This document shows, piece by piece, positions 1 to 10,890 of a stretch of 64,000 nucleotides of DNA. Source of the DNA: Lama glama (lineage: Eukaryota); NCBI GenBank assembly GCA_028534125.1, contig CM052817.1:103294001-103358000 (forward strand). Reading direction: 5' to 3'. A program made the position numbers and the translations under genes. Below the pieces are notes generated by a model. It was given only the letters and a program-made list of their open reading frames with translations. It searched no databases and was not told the DNA's origin. Positions within the stretch are counted from its first letter, which is position 1, and each line of letters begins with the position of its first letter.

Positions 1-754
1 GCCACTGTCAGAAGCAGCTAGCAGTGCTCCAAGTTTATTAGATCTTCAACATGTTTGCTGAGAATGGGTGTACCTGGAGCCACGCTAATGCAGAAATTCA
101 TGCTTTCATACGGTGAACACAGGCTTTTTCTTTTTGATTAAATTCTTTATATTTCCACTTATAATGGAATTATATATATATATATATGGCATTAAATATA
201 TTCTATGTTTAAATGTGAATACACTAGCTAAACAGAATTTTGCTACAGGTATAATTCTTTCCTCTTGATTATCGACTATTCTGGCAACAGCTCACGCCTA
301 GCTGTTAAATTCCTGAGGACCAGCCACCACATCCCCTCACCCCTCTCACGTCCAGCCCCTCAGCTGGCCACCTCACCCCTATTTCCTTAATTCTTTTTAT
401 TTGGTATCAAAACGGTAATTTATTTCTCAGTTGCTTTACAGTAGGTATTTCCACTTTGACTTTCCTTTTGGCCCATGCTAGTTGTTTTATTTTGTGTCCT
501 GCCCATATCAGGGATAGAAGAACACAATAACTTTAAATTTCACCAGTCCTTGGGAGACTTCTGCCTTGATGTTGAGGTAGCTGCTTCTTGGAAAACAGTT
601 TTCAGTGCCTTCAGTTACTGATTTAACAGACTTGCCTTGTAGGTTACTTGAGCAACAAATTCAAAATATTGATTTATGAAGTTAGCAAATGCAAATTTTA
701 TAAAAGAACACAAAAAGTGAGCAGGCAACTAAATAGATAAAAATCAAGGACAAC

Positions 755-1848
755 GTGAAACAAATAATATACAAACTTTTATTCAAAGTTAATTCAAGAA
801 AGACATGTTTTGGTCATTTTTAAAGTGAGATTAACTGAACATCTCAGAAAAACTGTATCTGATCAACGCACATAGCTACTGACAGAAAGTTCTCTCTTCT
901 GTTAATAGCAGCTAAATTTATACACACAGAAAAAATTCTTAAGACCATGCAAATTCAGTTGAATTCCATACATTCATTGTATTCATCAAAAACCTGCAGT
1001 AATGTTCATGCCGAAGTGTTACTTTAAGAAAAAAATTAAAAATACACACCAAAACATGACCAAGATTAAACCAAAGAAAATAATAAATAAGCATAATTTA
1101 TATTTTAAAAAAGTTTGGCATCACACATGTATTCAAGTGTGTCACACCGTGTTCATTCCTCAGAAGTGGCATTTTAAAGTGTTAAGCATTGTTAAATATC
1201 AAAAAATACAACTCTGTTTTACAATGTAGTACTGGCATAATTCAAAGTACTGTGCCAATTATAAATAGTATAATCAAGTTTCAAACATCTTTTCAAACAT
1301 ATTTAAAGGAAAGCATATAGACACACATTTATATGCACACAAATTATACTCATGTAATCAAACATTTTATAAAAGCAAACAGTTTTATCCCTCAATTAGT
1401 TTGTATACGTACATAAGATTTTAATACCTGTTCAAAGATTTTCAGTTCTTGTGTATATAGATTTTCAAGAGAAGGAATAAAGAGGAAATTTAGTTTTACA
1501 AGAACACATATTACTTTATCCCCCTTCAAAAGATAATCCATAGTCATTCAAGGTGGATTAACTAGTCTTTATGAAAGCAACTGTTGTCCAAAGACTGCAG
1601 AACAATCCTGCAGTCCAAGTTTCTTATTAAAATTCAGTCAGCTGCTGCTCATTGCAGAGAAAGCCTACGCGGTGCATCTACCAAAAATAATCTTCAGTAT
1701 CTGAGGCCTATAAAGGCAGATGATCTTACCTTCTGCGGAGACTCACAGTGCAGCTACAAGTGGAGAAGTGCTCGACTCTCAGTCACTTCAGAAGTACTTG
1801 TTGAAGCCTGCTTCTCATGTGTAAATATGCCGAAAATGTCCTTCGGGC
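755..1848 (-). other. KLHL2: KLHL2 3'UTR (3' end approximate)
   Basis: AT-rich, repeat-free sequence between the stop codon and the poly(A) signal. The cleavage site is inferred ~15-25 nt past AATAAA. Confidence 0.75.
778..783 (-). terminator. Polyadenylation signal AATAAA
   Basis: Plus-strand tttatt. On the minus strand it is followed by GU/U-rich sequence (GTTTGTATATTATTTGTTTCACGTTGTCC). Confidence 0.7.
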
Positions 1849-1877
1849 TCATAATGGTTTATCAATAACTGTGACTC
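1849..1877 (-). CDS. KLHL2: KLHL2 last coding exon, coding part (GVTVIDKPL*)
   Basis: Acceptor TTGTTCAG|GA GTC ACA GTT ATT GAT AAA CCA TTA TGA. The C-terminus VTVIDKPL is the KLHL2 ending as I recall it. Confidence 0.95.
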
Positions 1878-2169
1878 CTGAACAAAGAAATGAAGAAATA
1901 AGACAGAAGTCACAGGAAGCATTCTGTATCTCTGAGAAAATACGGAATTTTTTATTCTATTACTTAAGTAACAGGGGCTGAACAGATCATGATGTTTCAA
2001 AATCTCTTTCTTTTGCCCTACTATCATTTTCATCTAAACGACAATGAAATCTTTGTTTAAAAATCATGGCCCAAAACTACATCGGACTATTTGAACTAGT
2101 CTCTTGTTCTTCACAGTTACAATTAAGGGAAAACAATTTCACTCAGGAAATACTAAAATCTACCTAATA

Positions 2170-2340
2170 CTCAAAGGGGTACAAAGAAACTTTTGAGAAT
2201 GATGAATATTTTCATTATGTTGATTGTGGTGGTGGTTTCATGGTTATGTACATATGTCAAAACTAATAAAACTGTTCACTTTAAATATATGCTACTTATT
2301 CTGTGTCAATTATATCTCAATGAAGCTGTTTTAAAAAATT
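2170..2340 (+). mobile_element. Old L1 (L1M-type) 3' terminal fragment
   Basis: Typical L1M 3'UTR end (gattgtggtggtggtttcatgg...tcaattatatctcaatgaagctg) followed by an A-rich tail. Confidence 0.65.
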
Positions 2341-3061
2341 CACGTAATTTTTAGAAATGCTATTCTGGGATCCTACTGTATATATTCTACTAGGTGCTGT
2401 TTTGGATGATACATAAAGAACAGTGATGGCTAATTAGTATAAACTTCTTTTTTCTCCACTGTTGGATCAATATTAGAATGTCACTGAAACATTCTAATAT
2501 TAAAGCAATATAAATATGTACCATGAGAATAATGAATAAGCAACTTACAATTTTAAAGACTCAGTGTTGTATTTGTTAGGAGTATTATCATTTCTCTTAC
2601 TAAAAGAATGGACCAAAATGGTATTTTATAATTCAATCCGTGCTGTGCTTAAGGAAGAAAAGGACTCTGCAGCCTCACTGTAATACTAACACATGGAGCC
2701 CATCCGGGACAGACGTTGTAGGGGTCGTATCTTATGGATGTCAGAGTAATTAAAGGCTTGCCACATAGTGAATTCCACACCACTGCATACAGATGTTAGT
2801 TCAGCCATATTACATTTTATGATGATTCTACACTGGGAAGATTTGTGAGTTTGAACACAAATGACTGCACAATGACAGAAGAATACTTGTGTTTTATTTC
2901 AGGATACACATATCCTATACTAATTAATTTGAGAATGAGAAATAAAATATACTTTGAGAAAAGACTCTTTCCTGACATAAAATGCTCTTCATGTAAAAAC
3001 TATAATGATGTAATCTTTTTGTGTTACAATAGAAGACTGTGAGAAAACTGAAGATTATTAC

Positions 3062-3205
3062 CTGCGTAACTTCTCCCTGTGCTCATACAAGATGACACAA
3101 CTGTCCATTTATCAGTCGTTGGGTTATAATATTCTACCGATGCCAAGTTACAGGAACCATCATCCCCTCCAACGACATATAACAGACCATTTACTGCACA
3201 AACTC
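3062..3205 (-). CDS. KLHL2: KLHL2 coding exon (~exon 14; Kelch 6; [48 protein letters not shown])
   Basis: 144 nt, read by hand (not in the ORF track). Acceptor TTTTTTAAAG|GA, donor CAG|GTAATA. Confidence 0.97.
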
Positions 3206-3558
3206 CTTTAAAAAATTACAGAGAGAGAATAATTATTTTAAAAATTTGGATGAATACAAATATCTCTGTAAGTGTCTGATGAGGTGATCAGGAGACACTT
3301 ACTTCCTTGGAAGAGGCAAGAAGAGAAGATGGGGAGCCCAGAAAGAATTCCTTAATAAAAACCTACTGTAAGGTCCTACCCATGTCACTTACGCCATAGT
3401 TGCTTTATATACGCATTATTTCATTTAACCTTCACAGTAACCTTACTTTACAGGTTAGAAACTGTTTTACTTTCTACTTTATTAAAAAAAAAAAGAAAAT
3501 TAAAAGTCAAAGAAGTAGAAACTCATCCAAAGTCAGCTTCTAAGGGAATGCTAAGGAA

Positions 3559-3559
<1 letters not shown>

Positions 3560-3594
<35 letters not shown>

Positions 3595-3597
3595 TTT
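3560..3597. repeat. (TA)n microsatellite followed by poly-T
   Basis: Seen directly in the sequence. Confidence 0.9.
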
Positions 3598-5741
3598 ATC
3601 TTCTACTAGATATATAAAAATGATTCTAAATTTTAATCAAACTGACTGATTATCTATTTTAGCTCCTTTAAGAGGGGAGAACAGTATTATTTATTTCATT
3701 ATTAATAGAAAAACATGCGGGGGTTGGCAAAAATTAAAAACATCTAGAAAAGTATAAAAAAAAAAGACTACCGCTAGTCCTGTATCACTCAGAATCCTGA
3801 TCACTGAAATTCTGATCTCTATTCTTGCAGGACGCATATATACTCAGACACTCCTTTTTTTAAACCCCAGAGTAGCTCACAGTACACATGTTACACATGC
3901 TACTTTTTACTCACTCCCACTACATACCTTGGACATTTCCCCAAGTTAATAAATACAAATCTACATAATTTTTAATGCCTGGATAGTATTCCATTCATGA
4001 TAATACCATAATTTATTTGTCTTTTACTGATGGGTTTCAAGTTAGTTTCAGTTTTTTTGCTCTCATCAATGATGTTGCAATGAACAAAGATCCCTCTTAC
4101 ACACATTTTTGCATACTTGTGCAACAGTTTTCTTAATGTAAATTTTACAAAGGAAACTGCTGACTGAAAAGATAAACACCTTTTAACAGCTCTTTATTTC
4201 AATTTATTTTTTAAAACACATATTTAATAATTTTAAACAAGATTCAGAGCTTTTTACGAACTAGTATTAAACAAAACATCCAGAAGGATGCTGCCTGCAC
4301 AGTGGTCCCTGGAGTTCTGTAGACAGTTTTGCTAACACAATTAACAGCTGCAGATTTCTAACATAAAACAATGAGCCCAATCTCTATACAGCATTTAAAG
4401 TGCACCAGCAACAGTGGCTTCTATGCAAACAGAGCAGATCTTCTCTCCTCAAACTCAAATGTGTTACTATTCTAGCCTCTTGACAGGAAGCAAACTCGTA
4501 TCATTTAAAGGTAATTCAAGCACCCGAAAAGCAAGAGTGGGATGACAATAGCTCTACATACACAAATTATCTCCTTATTCTGCTGGCTGGAAGAAGTGAG
4601 CTAATTTTGATTTGAAAACAGTAAAACAAGGGTAGAGAAAAAATAAAATTAGAATAATCTATAAGAAAGTAATAATGAAAGTTCAAACTGCAACTAAATT
4701 CCCTAATCCAGGATGCACATACCCATACGCTTTTCTAAATTCACATGTGCTGGAGACAAGCACTTATTTGACTTAGGGACCAGATGTGTGGGTTTTTCCA
4801 TGGTTCTGGACTATCCATAGCTGAGGGGGTTTTAGTACTTCATCAAGCACAGCTGACTGTGTGAGATGGAAGGTCTAGTAGGATGAACTATATATTCTGT
4901 TCTGCTGTGGGAGTTTTGCAGTCCTGCATACTTAGTCTCCCTTAGTGATCACACTGAACTTAAAGAGAAATTAAGGAGAGTGTTTCTGGGGGAATAGAGG
5001 GTGCATCCTCCAACACCATCCAATGGTGCACAGTGAGTTTGAGAATCACCAGGAATTTATTTTGGATTATGAGAACTGGCATGAAGATAACGGTGTTTTC
5101 AGGAAGACTAGCATTTCCCAAAATCAGTACCTAGCTATCCTGAATCTATTTTCCATTTCTATTTCCCTTCCATAGATCTTCTTTTTAAGCAGTTAGTTCC
5201 CTAATCTTGAAGACCTCAGCTTTCTTAAAATTACTGTTGTTGTTTTAGCTTTTCCATTTTCTAGAAATCCTTAACTGTATTAAATTGGAGTTACCTTCTT
5301 CAGGCTTCCCCTCCAGATTCAGATTAACAACCAGCTTCTTAATCTGGTATAAATATTTACTCAACTAGACTAAATGCCTTGAGAACTGGGCTCCAGAACA
5401 TGCTACCTGGTAGGGACTCAAAAAGGTTTGTGCTGAGAATGGATGAATTCAAGTATCAAATAAAGAGGGTTCCTCCTCTAATTTAGTCTCTATGATCATT
5501 ACCAAAAAGCAGCCTCTAACAGAAGTTATAAGTTAACTGAAGGATCTCATCAATGTGCTATGCTGCAGACACTAAGCTAGGCATTCACTATATAAGATTA
5601 TTACGAAAGTTTTTGCCTTTAAAGAGCAAGTCTATTAGGGAAACTCAGATCAGTAAAAGAACAATGGAAACACACAGTGATACTAGTAAAACTTTAAATA
5701 GAATTCAACATAAATTTCACAATCATAAACTAGACAAATAC

Positions 5742-5882
5742 CTGCATTTCTCCTGCACATGTTCATATCTGCAACCTGTCTCCATGAGTTGGTGGCAGGA
5801 TCATACACTTCGACACTTTTTCGTACTAGAGGGCCATCATGACCCCCTACAGCATACAATAAGTTGTTTAACACACCAACAC
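5742..5882 (-). CDS. KLHL2: KLHL2 coding exon (~exon 13; Kelch 5; VGVLNNLLYAVGGHDGPLVRKSVEVYDPATNSWRQVADMNMCRRNAG)
   Basis: 141 nt. Acceptor TTTTACAG|GT, donor CAG|GTATTT. Confidence 0.97.
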
Positions 5883-6510
5883 CTGTAAAACACAAAGTAG
5901 TAAAGGGGACAAGAAATTTATAACATATTAGGGTTTATTCAAATGACTTTCAAATAAAACTTCCAAAATGATTATTCATAGTAAGTCAATATTCAAGTGT
6001 AAAACCTAAGAAATGAAAATGAATAGAATTCCAAATAAGAATCTCAATAAGAACTACTGTTCTAAAAAAGAAGCATGTCAAACAGAATAAAAATAAAATG
6101 CAGCTGAAAACAGAGGGGAGAGTCCTTTAACATAACCCTTCTGAAAACAACTTTCATGATAAAAGCAAACAAGTATTAAAGCAGAAAATGTGTAAGAAAT
6201 GGCTCCCAAAAGAGCTGATTATTAAGCAAGTTCCCCAATAACTACTAGAAACAAAAAAGTAAACGCAATGCCAAACAATATAAATAATGAAATGAAACAG
6301 GAAAGGTCTTTAACACGGCACTTCAGAAATTTTACGAAGTGAAATTTAAGTGCAGCAGTCTACTGCTCTACACGCATAATTCAAGACATTTTAACAGTGT
6401 CACTAGAATTAGGACACATTTTCCGAAAACATAAAAAGATGCCGATAAATCACTGTTTAATTGTCTTCCATCATCTCCGTGCTCCAGGCGCTGCCCGCGG
6501 TCCCACTCAC

Positions 6511-6639
6511 CGGCCCCGCTGCGCCGGGTGCTCATCTCCGCGATGTAGGTCCACTCGTTGGCCGCGGCGCTGTAGCACTCCACCGTGCTGAGACACTGTC
6601 GCGACGCGCCATCGTAGCCCCCGACGGCGTACAGCAGGC
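6511..6639 (-). CDS. KLHL2: KLHL2 coding exon (~exon 12; Kelch 4-5; [43 protein letters not shown])
   Basis: 129 nt. Acceptor GGCTAG|GC, donor CCG|GTGAGT. Very GC/CpG-rich. Confidence 0.97.
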
Positions 6640-6999
6640 CTAGCCACGGAACCACAAAGACAGTCAGGTTCATAAAAAGCTGGTTTTTGCAAATCAGAAA
6701 AGAATATATTTTTCCTTTATGGTAGCAGAGTTTCCCTTTAAAGCATTACTGGTTTTTACAAACTACTAAAATCTTATCTAATGGTGAGAGGTGGAGTTAT
6801 CCAGTCACATTAGGAAGATCTGTGGGACATATACGGTGATACTAATTTAACATGTTCATCTGACTGACAGAACAGAAAGGACACTCATTATGCCTTTGGG
6901 TAACACTATTTGGTAACGGCACAACATCCTGGAAAACCAAATTAAATATCAAAGTTACCTCAGTAAATTGAAAAAAAAGTTAAATCAAGAATTAGCACC

Positions 7000-7358
7000 A
7001 GTATACCATGAAATATTATTTGGCAACAAAAAGAAATGAGGTACTGGTAAATGCTACAGCATGAATGAACCTTGAAAACATTACGCCAAGTCAAAAAAGC
7101 CAGTCACAAAGGACCATATACTGTATGATTTCATTAATATGAAATGTCCGTCAGTGGAAAATTTATACAGAGATAGAAAGTAGAGTAGTGTTTGTTGAGG
7201 GCTGGGAGGAAGGGGGTGACAGTCAAGGCAGTTGGGCTGCTTTTTGGGGTAATAAAAATGATTTAACATGAATTGCGTACATGTACACTGGACTGTACAC
7301 TTTAAACAAGTGAATGATATGGTATGTGGAGTCTATCTCAATAAAGCTGCTAAAAAAA
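7000..7358 (+). mobile_element. L1MB-type 3' end fragment
   Basis: gaatgaaccttgaaaacatt...gccagtcacaaaggaccatatactgtatgatt...tatctcaataaagctg plus A tail. Confidence 0.75.
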
Positions 7359-7825
7359 GTCAATGCAGAGGATTATACCCACGGTGGGGAGGGGAGTGGG
7401 AACACAAAGTTATTCAAGCAATTAAAAAAAAAATCACACTAAAAAATCATACTTACAGCCTTTCTTAAGGGGGGGACAAGGTAGGATATAAATAAAGAAC
7501 TGTGGCAACCCATCCCTTAAATGTTAAACAGCCGTTCTCCAAATGTAAAATTTCATATTCTTGTCATCCGGTTTGTTCCCCAAATCACAGTATTAAGAGG
7601 AGTTAGTTTTATGTAGGTTACGGGGAAGGGGGAAAGAGAGGCCAGAGGGTGGGCTGCCTTATATAGGTTAGTATACAGACGAGCCGATTTCAAAAAAAGG
7701 ATAACGAATATTTTACAATAACCACTACTTTCTCTCTTTAAATGATCACTTGCTTGCCCATTTAGAAAGCTGGTGTCCAGGTGACCGGGAAGAACCACTC
7801 CTAACAACCAGGAGGCCAGCCGTAC

Positions 7826-7927
7826 CTCCAACAACACCGACGCCCACACTGCTCCTCCTCGTGTTCATCGGGGCCACGTGGAACCACTCGTTAGACTTGA
7901 TGTTGTACGCCTCCACGGAGGACAGAC
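7826..7927 (-). CDS. KLHL2: KLHL2 coding exon (~exon 11; Kelch 3-4; LSSVEAYNIKSNEWFHVAPMNTRRSSVGVGVVGG)
   Basis: 102 nt. Acceptor CCCTGCAG|GT, donor GAG|GTACGG. Confidence 0.97.
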
Positions 7928-8300
7928 CTGCAGGGAACACGGCACAGAGGGCTTCACCTCCTCCTCGGGTTCCTTATATATTCAGCCACATTAAATTGGG
8001 CTAAAATCCAATCGCATGATAAACAGGAATGGCTTCTCTTCCAGAGAGTTCCTACCCAAGCTACTGACATTTATTGGCTTTTTAAAGTTCAGAAGATATC
8101 TGATACTGAAGCATGGGGAGAAAAGTTACATACTCAGCACTCTCACGTCATTTAAAGGAATTCTGGATAGAAAATTTAAACTTGTCTTTAAAATACATGT
8201 TAAAATACTCTAATGTGTCCTAACTTGCCAGGACTTGTTCCATAAATGTGACTGCTACGTTAACTCTAACAGCAATGTTGAAAGGATGAAAGGAAATTGC

Positions 8301-8498
8301 CTGTACTCCCGTCAAAGCCTCCCACAGCATATAACAGTCCATTCAATACAGCAGCCCCCAGAGTGCTTCTCCGGTCCCGCATGTTAGCAACGCTGGTCCA
8401 CTGATCTTTCACGGGGTCGTACGAATCCACAGTGCGGACCCTCAAGGAACCATTAAAGCCACCAACAGCAAAAACGAGTCCAGCCATGTAGACCATCC
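8301..8498 (-). CDS. KLHL2: KLHL2 coding exon (~exon 10; Kelch 2-3; MVYMAGLVFAVGGFNGSLRVRTVDSYDP...AVGGFDGSTG)
   Basis: 198 nt. Acceptor TTTTGCAG|GG. The donor needed for protein continuity is ACAG|GCAATT (GC, non-canonical). Confidence 0.94.
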
Positions 8499-8898
8499 CT
8501 GCAAAAGAAATACAGCCATTAATGATGTGCACATGACCCAACTGCTGCCATCACCTAAAGTCTGCATGCTGGTAAGCCTTCTGCTGCTGTCAGAATATAA
8601 GCTCCCCTCAGGAGAAGCCTGACTGAATGGGCCCTACTCATTAGCAATTTAGTCAATATACAATGACTAACTTGTGTTCCTTTCTATTATTGAATTATGC
8701 AATGGCATAGGCTGAGGTACTATTTTGACTTTGGCTTTTTCAAATACTTATTTGTAGACTTAAACAATGGGCCAATATTTTCCAGCTACTTGAACCTGTA
8801 CACATCTCCCAGGGCTTTCAATTTTGGACTTTCTACTCCATATGTTTATACTTAATTTGCACAACAGGCTCTCAGTTTATCATGTTAGTGGGCTAAAT

Positions 8899-9217
8899 CA
8901 GAGGTTGGTAAATTATAGCCAGCAGACTATTTTTGTAGAAACTCATTGAGCAAAGAATGTTTTTTACGGTTTTAAATGGTTGAAAAGCAATCAAGAGAAA
9001 AAGAACATTTTGTGATGCATAAGAAGTCATATAAAATTAAAATTTCAGGGCCCATAAATAAAGTTTTATTGAAACACAGCCCCACCCATTCATTATGTAG
9101 TGTCTGAGGCTGCTTTTGACTACAGCGGCACTTGAGGAGTTGTGACAGAGAACGATAACCCACAAAGCCACATATACTTACTGTCTGGTCCTTTAAGAAA
9201 AAGTTTGCTGGCCCCGG
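8899..9217 (+). mobile_element. MER58-like hAT-Charlie non-autonomous DNA transposon
   Basis: Terminal inverted repeats cagaggttggtaaa ... aagtttgctggcccc. Internal aataaagttttattg. 8-bp TSD ggctaaat (8891-8898) / ggctaact (9218-9225). Confidence 0.75.
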
Positions 9218-10410
9218 GGCTAACTCTGGGATGCTTGGGGATCCCTGGAAGGAGAAACCAGGCTGCCGGACTCGGGGCCTACACCACCCTTCACGTTCCT
9301 GAGTTTTCTCATGCTGCTGTCCTGATCTGAGAAGAGCCCCTTCCAGTTGCACACCCCATTGAGAGTTCCACATGCTCTAGGAGGCATTTCGCGCACTAGT
9401 CCTGAAGGGACTACCGCTAACTCCTAATCCCCTATAGCAAATGTCACCTACTTTAAGGCTAAAAAATCTTATATAGTTTGCAATATCATTGCTTTAAACT
9501 GTTGAAACTTTTATTGTTCTTAAATTCTATAACATTTATGTCACTGCCCCAGCTAGAGGGCAGGCCCTGTGACTCACAGTTCCCTGAATCCCACTGGGAG
9601 TACAGGAATCACCAGTTCCAAGTGTCTGACTAACACAACGTTTCGTATGAAGTCATCAGGCAAGCATGTACCACTACTCTCCAATGTCTTACCCTCCAGT
9701 GCTCTATCCCCCAACCCTGCCCCCAAAATTCATATGGATGTGCAGTCTTTCATATGGCGTCAAGACCCTGCAGTTCAGATGAAGTGGACTGTATTGGCAG
9801 CTAGGTTTCCGGTTCAGCCAGGAAATGAACAGTCAAGCTATACTCTGGAAAATCCAGAGTATGTGAGGAGAGCTGTGGGCAACGGTCAATTTAACTAGGC
9901 AGAGAACTAGCAAATAATTTAGGGTAACCATTGGATTTCCTGAGGACCTTTCGACAGCAGGGGATGTGGCAGATCTCCTGGGCGGGCCTGGGGACAGTAA
10001 GCAGTGACACAGCAGGCAGCATGCAGAACCATAAGAAGAAAATGTTAAATATCCACCAACAGATTAAGTCCTATCACTAGTCCTGCAACAAGTCCCATCA
10101 TGTATAATACAGCACAGTAATTAAAACTGTTCTGTTTTAATGCATGAGGCAAGACAAGTCAATGGACCAGAACAAAAAATTCAGAATAAAATCTAGTACA
10201 TTTAGAAATTTACTATATGATAAAGCAGCACTTAAAATGAGTGGATACAGGTAGACTGGACAATAAAAGGTGTTATAACAACTGGCTAGCCATTAAAAAA
10301 AAATCCACATCTTCTTTCATCAAAATTAAGTCCAGATATTTTTTATATAAATATAAAAAATAAAACTGTAAAAGCACTTAGAAAAAATTCATACTTTAAA
10401 AATATAATTT

Positions 10411-10563
10411 GGGTGGAGGGTATACCTCAGTGGTAGTGTGTGTGCTTAGCATGCACAAGGTTCAATCCCTAGAACCTCCATTAAGTAAGTAAGTATGTAA
10501 GTAAATAAATAAATCTAATTTACCCCCCACCACACACACAAAAAACCAAAAAACAAACAAAAA
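10411..10563 (+). mobile_element. tRNA-Ala-derived SINE (camelid Vic-1-like)
   Basis: Head ggagggtatacctcagtggtag...cttagcatgcac..ggttcaatccc resembles tRNA-Ala(AGC) with A/B boxes. A-rich tail. Confidence 0.8.
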
Positions 10564-10890
10564 CGAAGATTCTTTGAAAAAAAGAGAAAAAGACAACTTC
10601 AAATAAATATATATATATATATATTTTTAAAATATATAAGTAAATTTTATTATAGCTGAGAAACCTGGTAGACACTACCTTTTTCAAGTGACCAAGGTTA
10701 AAGTCACCAGAAATAATCATAATTACCCCAATCTAATCATGAGAAAATATTAAACCTAAAACTGAGACATTCTTCAAAATACCTGACCAAGTGCTTATCA
10801 AAAGAATCAAGGGCATGAAAGACAGGAAAAGACTGAGGAACTGTCACAGATCAGAACAGACTAAGAAAATACAACAAATAAATGAAATGT

